Source: a virus. From it: DNA of 64,000 nucleotides. The stretch is taken from IMG/VR virus record IMGVR_UViG_3300025010_000010; one strand, 5' to 3'. The notes beneath the pieces were generated by a model that searched no databases, was not told the origin of the DNA, and was given only the letters and a program-made list of their open reading frames with translations. A program made the position numbers and the translations under genes. This document shows positions 17,685-24,963 of the stretch, in pieces; the stretch's first letter is position 1, and every line of letters starts with the position of its first letter.

Positions 17685-17899
17685 AGCCCACCTCCCGGAA
17701 CCAGTGGAATGGTAACTTCCGGTTTGATGTCAGGGGTATTCGTCGCCCGCTCGTCGGTGTTCGACTTCATGACCTCCGTAGAAAACGGACTGTGGCAGAT
17801 CATAAATGTCCCGCCTTCGTGAACATGAATCGTCAGGTTTCGGCTTGAGTTTGCGCACCCGGCCAGCATCATCACCGCAATCAGTATCAGGTATCTCAT
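17681..17899 (-). CDS. small lipoprotein (o-spanin-like)
   Basis: MRYLILIAVMMLAGC lipobox; ATGA overlaps at both ends. Confidence 0.6.
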   Translation of the reverse strand: MRYLILIAVMMLAGCANSSRNLTIHVHEGGTFMICHSPFSTEVMKSNTDERATNTPDIKPEVTIPLVPGGGL

Positions 17900-18090
17900 A
17901 AGCCCCTCCTGTTCCAAATTTTAACGTCATACCTTTGCACAATCATCCGCGCCCCTTCGTCCTCGTTGATATTCCATTCCTGGTTGTTCAGCGATAGGAA
18001 GCAGTCCGGTTTGTGGTTTATGGCAAATGCTATTTCCCCAAGCGGTTCCGGCTCTGCTTTGCACCACGGGCATTTTTTCATTTTGACCAT
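17896..18090 (-). CDS. small zinc-binding protein (Lar-like N-terminus, tentative)
   Basis: MKKCPWCKAEPEP...; TGATG overlap with the upstream stop. Confidence 0.4.
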   Translation of the reverse strand: MVKMKKCPWCKAEPEPLGEIAFAINHKPDCFLSLNNQEWNINEDEGARMIVQRYDVKIWNRRGL

Positions 18091-18875
18091 CAATATTTGT
18101 GGTAACACTCTCCGGTATGCTTCTGGTAATCAGCCAGCCCGTCCCCGCGCCCGTCTGAATAGTGCTGATACTTCTTCCCGCCGATGGTCCAGACGAACAG
18201 GCCAGCGGTCTGCGTTTCGCTCTTTTTCTGGAAGTAGTGATTCGTCCACTGCTCCCGGCCTACGCCCTTGTCAAGTCCGTCTTTCATATGGAAGTGAAAT
18301 GCGGTATCATGAAAGGTCACACTGGTCACATCATCCCCGGCACAGAATACAATCGTGGTGCCTTGGCCATTCCAACTCATGTGATTGATGTGGGCGAACC
18401 GCTTTGATTCTACCGCACCATCAGCAGGAGGCGTTACCGGAGGGGTAACTGGTGGAGGAGTAACAGTCTCGCCGCTGGGATAGCTGATATACGCTTTCTT
18501 GTCCCGGAAGCTGGCAGGAGCGATTACAACCATCGTCCGCCGAGTCTCCGAGTTGCGAACTTCAACTTGAGAGTCCTTATAGGCCATCGAAATGGTGTAC
18601 TTTTTGTACGCACCGTCAACCCCAATAAAGAGATCAAACTTGCCATAGTCCGCAATCGGCTTGGGGAAGTACCAATCTGTTTCAGCCGAGAAAACAGCCT
18701 TCACCCCTTGCTCCGTAACTGATGTCTGCACTGGAGGTGGAGGAGTTACAGGCGGAGGGGTAACTGGCGGATTCACCGGCTTGCCGTCGAACCAGCCACC
18801 GGGAAGCGTGCCCTTTGCATACGCTGAACCGCAGGTGATGAATATTGCCAGCGATAAAATGATAAGTCGTTTCAT
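18090..18875 (-). CDS. secreted protein with two proline-rich PPVTPP linkers
   Basis: Signal peptide MKRLIILSLAIFITCGSAYA. Pro-rich linkers PPVTPPPVTPPPP (nt 18732-18770) and VTPPPVTPPVTPP (nt 18426-18464). Confidence 0.6.
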   Translation of the reverse strand: MKRLIILSLAIFITCGSAYAKGTLPGGWFDGKPVNPPVTPPPVTPPPPVQTSVTEQGVKAVFSAETDWYFPKPIADYGKFDLFIGVDGAYKKYTISMAYKDSQVEVRNSETRRTMVVIAPASFRDKKAYISYPSGETVTPPPVTPPVTPPADGAVESKRFAHINHMSWNGQGTTIVFCAGDDVTSVTFHDTAFHFHMKDGLDKGVGREQWTNHYFQKKSETQTAGLFVWTIGGKKYQHYSDGRGDGLADYQKHTGECYHKY

Positions 18876-19069
18876 TTTTTCTCCTTATACTTCACAAAAA
18901 CGTGAGGATTGATGATATAATACCGCAGCAGCTCCCCGCAGTTCGGGCACGGCCCGATCATCTTCTTCTCGGTCGCGGTCTTGATAAACTGCTCTCCGAC
19001 AATCTGCTTCTTGCAGTACGGGCATGATCCGAGGGGACTTTTAACCTTGCCGCTGAGTTTGATTTTCAT
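18872..19069 (-). CDS. small zinc-ribbon protein
   Basis: Trimmed to the ATG at 19069 (ATGA overlap); CPYC...CPNC. Confidence 0.5.
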   Translation of the reverse strand: MKIKLSGKVKSPLGSCPYCKKQIVGEQFIKTATEKKMIGPCPNCGELLRYYIINPHVFVKYKEKK

Positions 19070-19647
19070 TCTCTCCCCCGCATCAGCCACGGAATAATTA
19101 CCGTAGCCAGTACAACCTGAGTTTCGTTCACCTGCTCCGGTACCCGCTTTTTGTGATATCTCAAACATGGCAGACAGGCCGGTACCGCGTTCATCGCCGC
19201 GTCAAATGCTGCTTGTGCCCCTGCGCCGTTGCTCATCTCTCGGTAAAAAGTATCCTGCCAAGCTACTGTTTGCGGCCAGCACTCGCCGCACTCCGACTCA
19301 GACATATTGCAGTAGCCAACCGATTCATCTGCCGACTCCGCAAAAGTCCCATCAGCAACCGAGCACATCCCGTCGCAGCTCGCGAAGAATCCCAGTCGGT
19401 ACCCGGTAAGCTGGTCCGGGGTGATATCCGGTCTGCTGCACAGCGGGGTGATAAGCTGCGGCCCACCATGTGCGATCTCGTAGAACTGATCGGGCGCATC
19501 CCAGAAAGCTGCGTTCATTGCCCACGGGTGCCACTCCCAGGTGCAGCCCTCGTAGGCCCCTTCGATCACGGTGCCATGAGCCTGGACAGCAAGCGTCAGG
19601 AGGAGGGCGAGAATTACGGCTATTGCCCATTTATCCCAGGTGGTCAT
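19066..19647 (-). CDS. secreted Cys-rich protein with C-terminal hydrophobic anchor
   Basis: Signal peptide WAIAVILALLLTLAVQAHG, many Cys, C-terminal VVLATVIIPWLM. Confidence 0.55.
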   Translation of the reverse strand: MTTWDKWAIAVILALLLTLAVQAHGTVIEGAYEGCTWEWHPWAMNAAFWDAPDQFYEIAHGGPQLITPLCSRPDITPDQLTGYRLGFFASCDGMCSVADGTFAESADESVGYCNMSESECGECWPQTVAWQDTFYREMSNGAGAQAAFDAAMNAVPACLPCLRYHKKRVPEQVNETQVVLATVIIPWLMRGRE

Positions 19648-19649
19648 TG

Positions 19650-20225
19650 TTAATACCCCAGCACCGTCATCATCTGAGCAGTCTTTTCGGCCTGTCCCGC
19701 TGCGCTATAATGCGTTCCATCTGTAGTCATCGTTGCCCCATCATCCCCGCCCTCAAGCCATACTCGCTCATCATCTCCCAAATGTGCTATCAACGGACGA
19801 TCAGATACAATGGTGCCTATTGCCGCCGCTATTTGATTCCACTCTGTTCCTATTCGTGCCCACGGTCGGCTCAAATAAAAATCAGCGTTTGGGCATACAG
19901 TAGCCAGTTGGTCTATAAGACTTTCATAGTCAGATACCCATACCGCAACTTCACCAGCATTGTCAAAATCAATACTCGCTTGATCGTTTACCCCAAAATT
20001 AATTAATATTTTTTTAGTATTCTCAGGATCGTCTATTTCGGCGATTTTGTCATCTATCACAGCAAGAAAACTGGCAACAGTAGCACCAGAAATCCCGATG
20101 TTAAAATGTGTCCAGCCTGTTTCTTCTTCAACGTTTACAGCAGCATCAAGATCACTCGGCCACGAATTAGGCCAGGTAGCGTCTGTTTTGCTATCCCCGG
20201 CCATAACTATATTCTCCGTGACCAC
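19650..20225 (-). CDS. SGNH/GDSL-family hydrolase (esterase or deacetylase)
   Basis: Block I MAGDSKT, block III FGVND, block V DGTHYS. Confidence 0.75.
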   Translation of the reverse strand: MVTENIVMAGDSKTDATWPNSWPSDLDAAVNVEEETGWTHFNIGISGATVASFLAVIDDKIAEIDDPENTKKILINFGVNDQASIDFDNAGEVAVWVSDYESLIDQLATVCPNADFYLSRPWARIGTEWNQIAAAIGTIVSDRPLIAHLGDDERVWLEGGDDGATMTTDGTHYSAAGQAEKTAQMMTVLGY

Positions 20226-20243
20226 GGGTATATAGCATGTATC

Positions 20244-22352
20244 TCATAACCCAACGCATAAATAATTGAATTTTCCACTTTGTATATCGCCAGAAAATGT
20301 AACTGTTATTGCGGAGGTTGACGATGCTGATAAGTATGATGTTACGTTAGCTTGAGGAATAACTATGCATGACGGTTCAGCTGTAAATGCAGACGCGAAA
20401 GTTACTGTGCATGCAGTAACCGCGCCCCCTCCGCCAACTGTTACAATCCCTGATGTATCTGAACCTGTGATTGTCGGAGATGTCCCGCACGACGATACAG
20501 CCGGATCAGCCCCAGATGATACAATGTGCGATTTATTTGTTATCCTAAGTTGCGGAGTACCACCAACCTGTAAATTAACAATGTTATGCTCGCCAGTACC
20601 AATGGCTGTTTCTGTCCGGTTGATAAACAAATCATTAGCCCCGGCAGTATCAGTCTGGTTATATATTGGGAGTATTGCTACACCATTAAAGGTCTCGCCG
20701 GTCCCTTGCGTTAGTGTATGCCCTGATCCTCCAAAAAATTCGACTCCGTTATCCGTATTGTTGTATGTATTGGTCCCGTTAATAGCCAGAGTGCTATTAT
20801 TTGATCCATGTTTTATTAGTGGCCCAACAAATCCAGCGGTCGTAAGGCCCCCCGAAATAACGGAATCACCAGCATTTGATACATTAAATCTTGACGTTCC
20901 ATCCTTTCCAGACCAAATCAAATATGATGTACCAGGGGATGATGTATCGGTTTGGTTGATATACAGTCCGTAGTCAGCTCCACTTGTCGCCTTATTCGTT
21001 GTATACGACAAATTCAAAGCCTTTTCGTCCCCCGTTGCTTCGTCCAGCACGATAGGTGTTGTCGGGGTAATAGCGGTTGTCACTGCAGCGGTAAACGCCC
21101 CGGCACCACCATCGGCCTTGCAGTACCAAAGATCAGCATCGGCGTCATAGGCCACGACATAGTCATCAGTGCAACCCTCAGCCGTTGCAGCGGTCATGTC
21201 GAGCAGTTGTTTAGTCGCCGCCCCGTTGTAGTATCTCAACGCACCGCCGGTAAAATTGGTTACAGTCGAGTCGTGCCTGGTATACCCAGCTGTAGCCGTT
21301 ACGTCAGCGTTGGACGAAGGCAACTTGAACTGTGTGTCAACTGCAAAGTTGTTCGCGGTCCACAGGGAGGCGGAAGAGGTAAGTGTTGCGCTCTGGTCAT
21401 TCTGCCCGGATATCACCGCGCCGTCACCGAAGAAGACATCAGCCCATTCTACCGTTGCGGAGCCGAGTGCAATGGTGTTTGCGGCGTTGGGGACGGGGGC
21501 GCCTGTCATGGCAACCGAGCCGTCTGCCAGGAAATCACCAGCCCCAGCAGCTTCGGCCTTGCAGTAAAACAAATCTGCGTCGGCATCGTAGGCTACGACC
21601 TGATCGTCTGTACATCCTTCAGCCGTTGCCGCTACCATATCCACAGCCTGCCGGATATTCGTACCGTCATGCCACCTGACTGCACCGTGCGCATGATTGG
21701 TCACTGTCGTGTCATGGACAAGATACCCGGCGGTCGCGGTTGGGTCCGCATTGGCTGCAGGAAGCCGCCATGTGGCAGATGCAAAATCGAAGGCATTGGC
21801 CGGCGCGGTCCCCCCAGGGATATCGGCAAGATTTACCTGCCCAGCACCGGAGCCCCAATCAACATGCGTGTCTTTGACGTTATCGGTTCCTGCAGTGAGC
21901 AAGGCTGTTGGATCAGTTTCAGCAGTGAGATACGCCCCAAGATCGGAAATATCTGACTCGGTAATCCCGGCAGGCTCATACGTCCCCGACAAGTCCGGAA
22001 TATCATCAGCCACCAAAGCCCTGAAAGTAGGCGCGGCGGCTGCCCCGGAGGTCGGCCCGGCAAGCACATAATTCGCCACCTGCACATCCGCGCTCAACTC
22101 CTGACCCGCTGAGATACCAAAAATGTCAGTCAGGCTGGCGGCGAGAGTTACCGCATCGTGACCACCGGCAAGGGTTTCGATCTTTGCCGCAACTGCGGTA
22201 GCCGGAGCGTAGCAGTTTGCATATTGCGCCTGCCAGGACTCCGCGTTGTAGGGGATGGGGGCGCGGCAGGGGGGAGGGATGGCTGGTGGCCCAGCGGCCA
22301 TCACGATTGAATAATAAAATAATATAAATAAAACAACTATTAATTTTTTCAC
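20244..22352 (-). CDS. fibre/receptor-binding-like repeat protein with N-terminal signal-peptide-like segment (GTG start)
   Basis: 702 aa, rich in Ala/Gly/Thr/Asp/Asn. It carries the motif YVLAGPTSGAAAAPTFRALVADDIPDL, which I recall from phage tail-fibre proteins. Two ~72-aa paralogous modules. It lies downstream of the tail genes. Confidence 0.6.
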   Translation of the reverse strand: MKKLIVVLFILFYYSIVMAAGPPAIPPPCRAPIPYNAESWQAQYANCYAPATAVAAKIETLAGGHDAVTLAASLTDIFGISAGQELSADVQVANYVLAGPTSGAAAAPTFRALVADDIPDLSGTYEPAGITESDISDLGAYLTAETDPTALLTAGTDNVKDTHVDWGSGAGQVNLADIPGGTAPANAFDFASATWRLPAANADPTATAGYLVHDTTVTNHAHGAVRWHDGTNIRQAVDMVAATAEGCTDDQVVAYDADADLFYCKAEAAGAGDFLADGSVAMTGAPVPNAANTIALGSATVEWADVFFGDGAVISGQNDQSATLTSSASLWTANNFAVDTQFKLPSSNADVTATAGYTRHDSTVTNFTGGALRYYNGAATKQLLDMTAATAEGCTDDYVVAYDADADLWYCKADGGAGAFTAAVTTAITPTTPIVLDEATGDEKALNLSYTTNKATSGADYGLYINQTDTSSPGTSYLIWSGKDGTSRFNVSNAGDSVISGGLTTAGFVGPLIKHGSNNSTLAINGTNTYNNTDNGVEFFGGSGHTLTQGTGETFNGVAILPIYNQTDTAGANDLFINRTETAIGTGEHNIVNLQVGGTPQLRITNKSHIVSSGADPAVSSCGTSPTITGSDTSGIVTVGGGGAVTACTVTFASAFTAEPSCIVIPQANVTSYLSASSTSAITVTFSGDIQSGKFNYLCVGL
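21114..21770 (-). repeat. internal duplication: two ~72-aa modules (21555-21770 and 21114-21329) within the fibre-like gene
   Basis: Copy 1 is WRLPAANADPTATAGYLVHDTTVTN...ATAEGCTDDQVVAYDADADLFYCKA. Copy 2 is FKLPSSNADVTATAGYTRHDSTVTN...ATAEGCTDDYVVAYDADADLWYCKA. Confidence 0.85.
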
Positions 22353-22383
22353 AATTTATCAACCTCCTTTTATATTCTGCTTT

Positions 22384-22389
22384 ATTATA
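22384..22389 (-). promoter_or_regulatory. candidate -10 box (TATAAT on - strand) upstream of the fibre-like gene
   Basis: The - strand reads TTTTAGGATATAATAAAGCAGAATATAAAAGGAGGTTGATAAATTGTG. This gives TATAAT, then AAGGAGG, then the GTG start. Confidence 0.3.
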
Positions 22390-22421
22390 TCCTAAAACTC
22401 TTATATTTCTAAATTTTATTT

Positions 22422-22925
22422 TTATCTATCCGCATACAATCCATAAAACTTCAAATAAAATTTTGAACCAGAAACAGCATTGCCAGTAGTTGATATTGTC
22501 CAAATTTCAGAATATACCGGCCACAAATAGGTTGAAATACCAAGAAATGTATTTTTGCCCAATGTTTCCTGTTTCGTTGTTTCATCAATAAAATTCGTTC
22601 CATTTGCCCCAAGTAAGGAAAGTCCATCGGAATCAGTAATGATCAAATCAGTTTCATCAGTTGGAGCAGGAGAAGAAGGAATATATTTGATTTTATAAAT
22701 ATATTGTCCTGACAATTTCTGCATTGCAGATTCATCACCATTCGAGGCCAAAGGGGCAGAAAGAGAATTATCAGTATGATGAGTGCAAAGAATAGTCAGA
22801 ACTGTTCCAACTTTATTTCCCCGATAATCTTTGACAACTTCCCAATCTGTTTCTGTACAAGTTCCAGCGGCAAAAACATTCCCGTAAAACAATAATGCAA
22901 ATAATACAACAATAAACTTTTTCAT
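22422..22925 (-). CDS. secreted protein (signal peptide paralogous to that of the fibre-like gene)
   Basis: MKKFIVVLFALLFYGNVFAAG; GGAG RBS. Confidence 0.6.
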   Translation of the reverse strand: MKKFIVVLFALLFYGNVFAAGTCTETDWEVVKDYRGNKVGTVLTILCTHHTDNSLSAPLASNGDESAMQKLSGQYIYKIKYIPSSPAPTDETDLIITDSDGLSLLGANGTNFIDETTKQETLGKNTFLGISTYLWPVYSEIWTISTTGNAVSGSKFYLKFYGLYADR

Positions 22926-22936
22926 CTCATTTCTCC

Positions 22937-23203
22937 TTAATTTCTTTGAATCTGTTGACCAGCCTGTTTTGACATTCTTTTTGAGATGATTATATCCCTT
23001 TCTTTTGAGAAAATTACTTGAGCCTGATAAGGAATATGAATCATTTTATTATCTATTGTTGTAAAAAACCTAAATGGTTCAGGAAGGTTTATAAATTCCC
23101 CGGAATCAACCAGTCTTGAAGTAATTCCATCGCCTATTACATTTTTAATTGTTGTCCAAAACCAATCTTCTTTCAATTTATATTTAACCGTGTAACTGTC
23201 CAT
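22937..23203 (-). CDS. hypothetical protein
   Basis: 88 aa; AAGGAG RBS. Confidence 0.55.
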   Translation of the reverse strand: MDSYTVKYKLKEDWFWTTIKNVIGDGITSRLVDSGEFINLPEPFRFFTTIDNKMIHIPYQAQVIFSKERDIIISKRMSKQAGQQIQRN

Positions 23204-23236
23204 TTTAATTTTCTCCTTATTGTGGTTAATAAGAAA

Positions 23237-24169
23237 TTAAGCAACCTTCATGATATAAAAACATGAAAGAAAAAGTGGCCTATTTTCATTTGAACTTGCT
23301 GCTGTTGCATCTACTGCTGTATTTCCGGTTGCTGCTGCTGTATTCCCGCTTGCTGCCCCAGTATTCGTATAATTTGAAGCATAAGTTGAACCATGTTCAT
23401 GAGTTGCCCCAGAACCAGCAGAAGAAGAAGTATAAACACCTCCTAATCCTTTATTCGAAATATATTCAGCGCTATCAATCGTCCCGGAAGTAACCGTATT
23501 GATCATCTGAACTGTATGACTATGCGCTGGCAATTGAGCAATTGTCAATGCAACAGGAGGAGTTACATGTGTATGACTCTGCATCGAATGAACATGACTA
23601 TTCAATCCGTGCGTATGACTATTCATTCCATGACTATGGGAATGGGTATGGCTATTTGAAGCAGCGCCACCAATACTGCCAGCAGTTGTATCCCCCATAA
23701 TAAAACGAGAATCCGTTAAATTTGGAAGATATCGACTTGCCCCGTTAAATATCCCAGTTCCAGTATTTAAGGCAGCGCCGTTACAAACATACCAATTATC
23801 CGCATTAAGATAAGCATTTGCTAAAGCAACACTATTTCCTCCAAGCAAAACATCTGTATAACTTCCATTTGATCCGTCCCCAAAATATCCACCAATCCAA
23901 GGAACAATTGAACCAGCAGGAATTCCGGCGTCTACAGGTTGACGTTGAAGTTTCCAACGCTTATCCCCAGCAGCGGAATCATCAGGGGAAATAATACTCG
24001 GAGAACTTTCAGCAGCACCCGAATCAACATCTAATTGATAAAGATAAAATGTTGTTCCATTTGCAACAATACATAAATCCTTATCATTAAGAATTGAACT
24101 GTCAATTCCATCAAGATCAGTTGCCGCACCACCAGTAATCCCTTGCCGATAATAAACAATAACAGCCAT
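23237..24169 (-). CDS. tail fibre protein with phage tail-collar domain and His-rich repeat
   Basis: IVPWIGG...NWYVCNGAALN...YLPNLTDSRFIMG (tail-collar pattern). It also has HTHSHSHGMNSHTHGLNSHVHSMQSHTH and LTIAQLPAHSH (MdpB/COG4675-like). Confidence 0.65.
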   Translation of the reverse strand: MAVIVYYRQGITGGAATDLDGIDSSILNDKDLCIVANGTTFYLYQLDVDSGAAESSPSIISPDDSAAGDKRWKLQRQPVDAGIPAGSIVPWIGGYFGDGSNGSYTDVLLGGNSVALANAYLNADNWYVCNGAALNTGTGIFNGASRYLPNLTDSRFIMGDTTAGSIGGAASNSHTHSHSHGMNSHTHGLNSHVHSMQSHTHVTPPVALTIAQLPAHSHTVQMINTVTSGTIDSAEYISNKGLGGVYTSSSAGSGATHEHGSTYASNYTNTGAASGNTAAATGNTAVDATAASSNENRPLFLSCFYIMKVA

Positions 24170-24963
24170 TATCTTACCTCCGTTAATTGATATGTCAATT
24201 CTGTATATCCATTGAGTTCTGGTGAGTGCCTTCCTTTAGGATCAACCGTAAATCTTGCATAAACAAGCCATCTCGAATCATTCAAATCAGTAATAAGCCA
24301 AGCAGCAGGCCGCATCTTAACAATCTTTTTTACAAGAAATAAAAAATCATTAAAGGCACTATCCCTTGTAATTATGTGTCTATTGTCGAATGTTCTTAAA
24401 ACATCCCTATCTTTTACAAATACCGCCCCAGAATTATATTCATCAACAAAGGACAAATCTTTTGTCCCCTCCATAATTTCCCCATGAGGACCGGCAAAAG
24501 ATAAAATCAGTCCAGCAACAATAGTTCCGGCAAATACCGCAGCACCGGCAGAATTAGCAAGAGAAACAATTATTTCAAGATCAGCCGATACTTGATCCCA
24601 TTGAATCATAAATGCTCCGGTCTCATCGTCTTGGGCAGCAATAGTTTCTGTAGGAACAATAAAACTAGACCATTCAATACCGGCTTCCCATTCAACCCCA
24701 TCATCACCAGAAGATAAAACGGCTACTTCCCATTGAATTAAATTCGGATCACTTATTTGAGCCGAAATACTATCTGCATTTGTATTAAAAATTGCAAAAC
24801 CTGAACATAAACCAGAAATTGACACGGTTAAAGTTTCAGAAGCAGTATCCCCCTTCCAAATATGTCCAGGATATTCATCGAGCAAATTCTCGTCAGCATA
24901 ATCTGCACTTTCTTCCGATGAAGCAAGAACACCCGTAATTAAATTTTCAGAAATTACTTTCAT
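24169..24963 (-). CDS. minor tail / baseplate-associated protein (by position)
   Basis: 264 aa; overlapped starts and stops with both neighbouring tail genes. Confidence 0.5.
   Translation of the reverse strand: MKVISENLITGVLASSEESADYADENLLDEYPGHIWKGDTASETLTVSISGLCSGFAIFNTNADSISAQISDPNLIQWEVAVLSSGDDGVEWEAGIEWSSFIVPTETIAAQDDETGAFMIQWDQVSADLEIIVSLANSAGAAVFAGTIVAGLILSFAGPHGEIMEGTKDLSFVDEYNSGAVFVKDRDVLRTFDNRHIITRDSAFNDFLFLVKKIVKMRPAAWLITDLNDSRWLVYARFTVDPKGRHSPELNGYTELTYQLTEVR

Noticed and set aside
15598-20006. Other + strand ORFs inside the GC-rich island (15598-15960, 15828-16229, 16602-17012, 17966-18388, 19153-19653, 19470-20006).
   Set aside because: Same shadow-ORF reasoning. They overlap a chain of - strand genes linked by ATGA overlaps, and their translations look like out-of-frame noise.
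20365-22071. Long + strand ORFs (20365-20973, 20952-21956, 21256-21567, 21383-21679, 21697-22071) opposite the fibre-like gene.
   Set aside because: These are antisense shadow ORFs, typical of GC-rich DNA. Their products are Arg/Pro/Cys-rich low-complexity sequence with no RBS. The - strand ORF is continuous, repeat-structured and operon-coupled.
20244-22352. Diversity-generating retroelement (TR/VR pair) in the fibre-like gene.
   Set aside because: The two repeat copies differ at all base types rather than adenine-specifically. Both are coding, and no reverse transcriptase is present in the window.
14358-22352. Island as an integrase-mobilised element inserted at a tRNA gene, or a prophage/host junction.
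   Set aside because: No integrase, excisionase or direct repeat of the tRNA 3' end is seen. Both flanks are phage DNA, and the right junction is an in-frame gene fusion. Module exchange by recombination fits better.
23560-23660. His-rich HTH/HSH repeat region, as a possible nucleotide-level repeat or mobile element.
   Set aside because: It is a protein-level, imperfect metal-binding-type repeat within a tail-collar fibre gene, not an independent DNA element.
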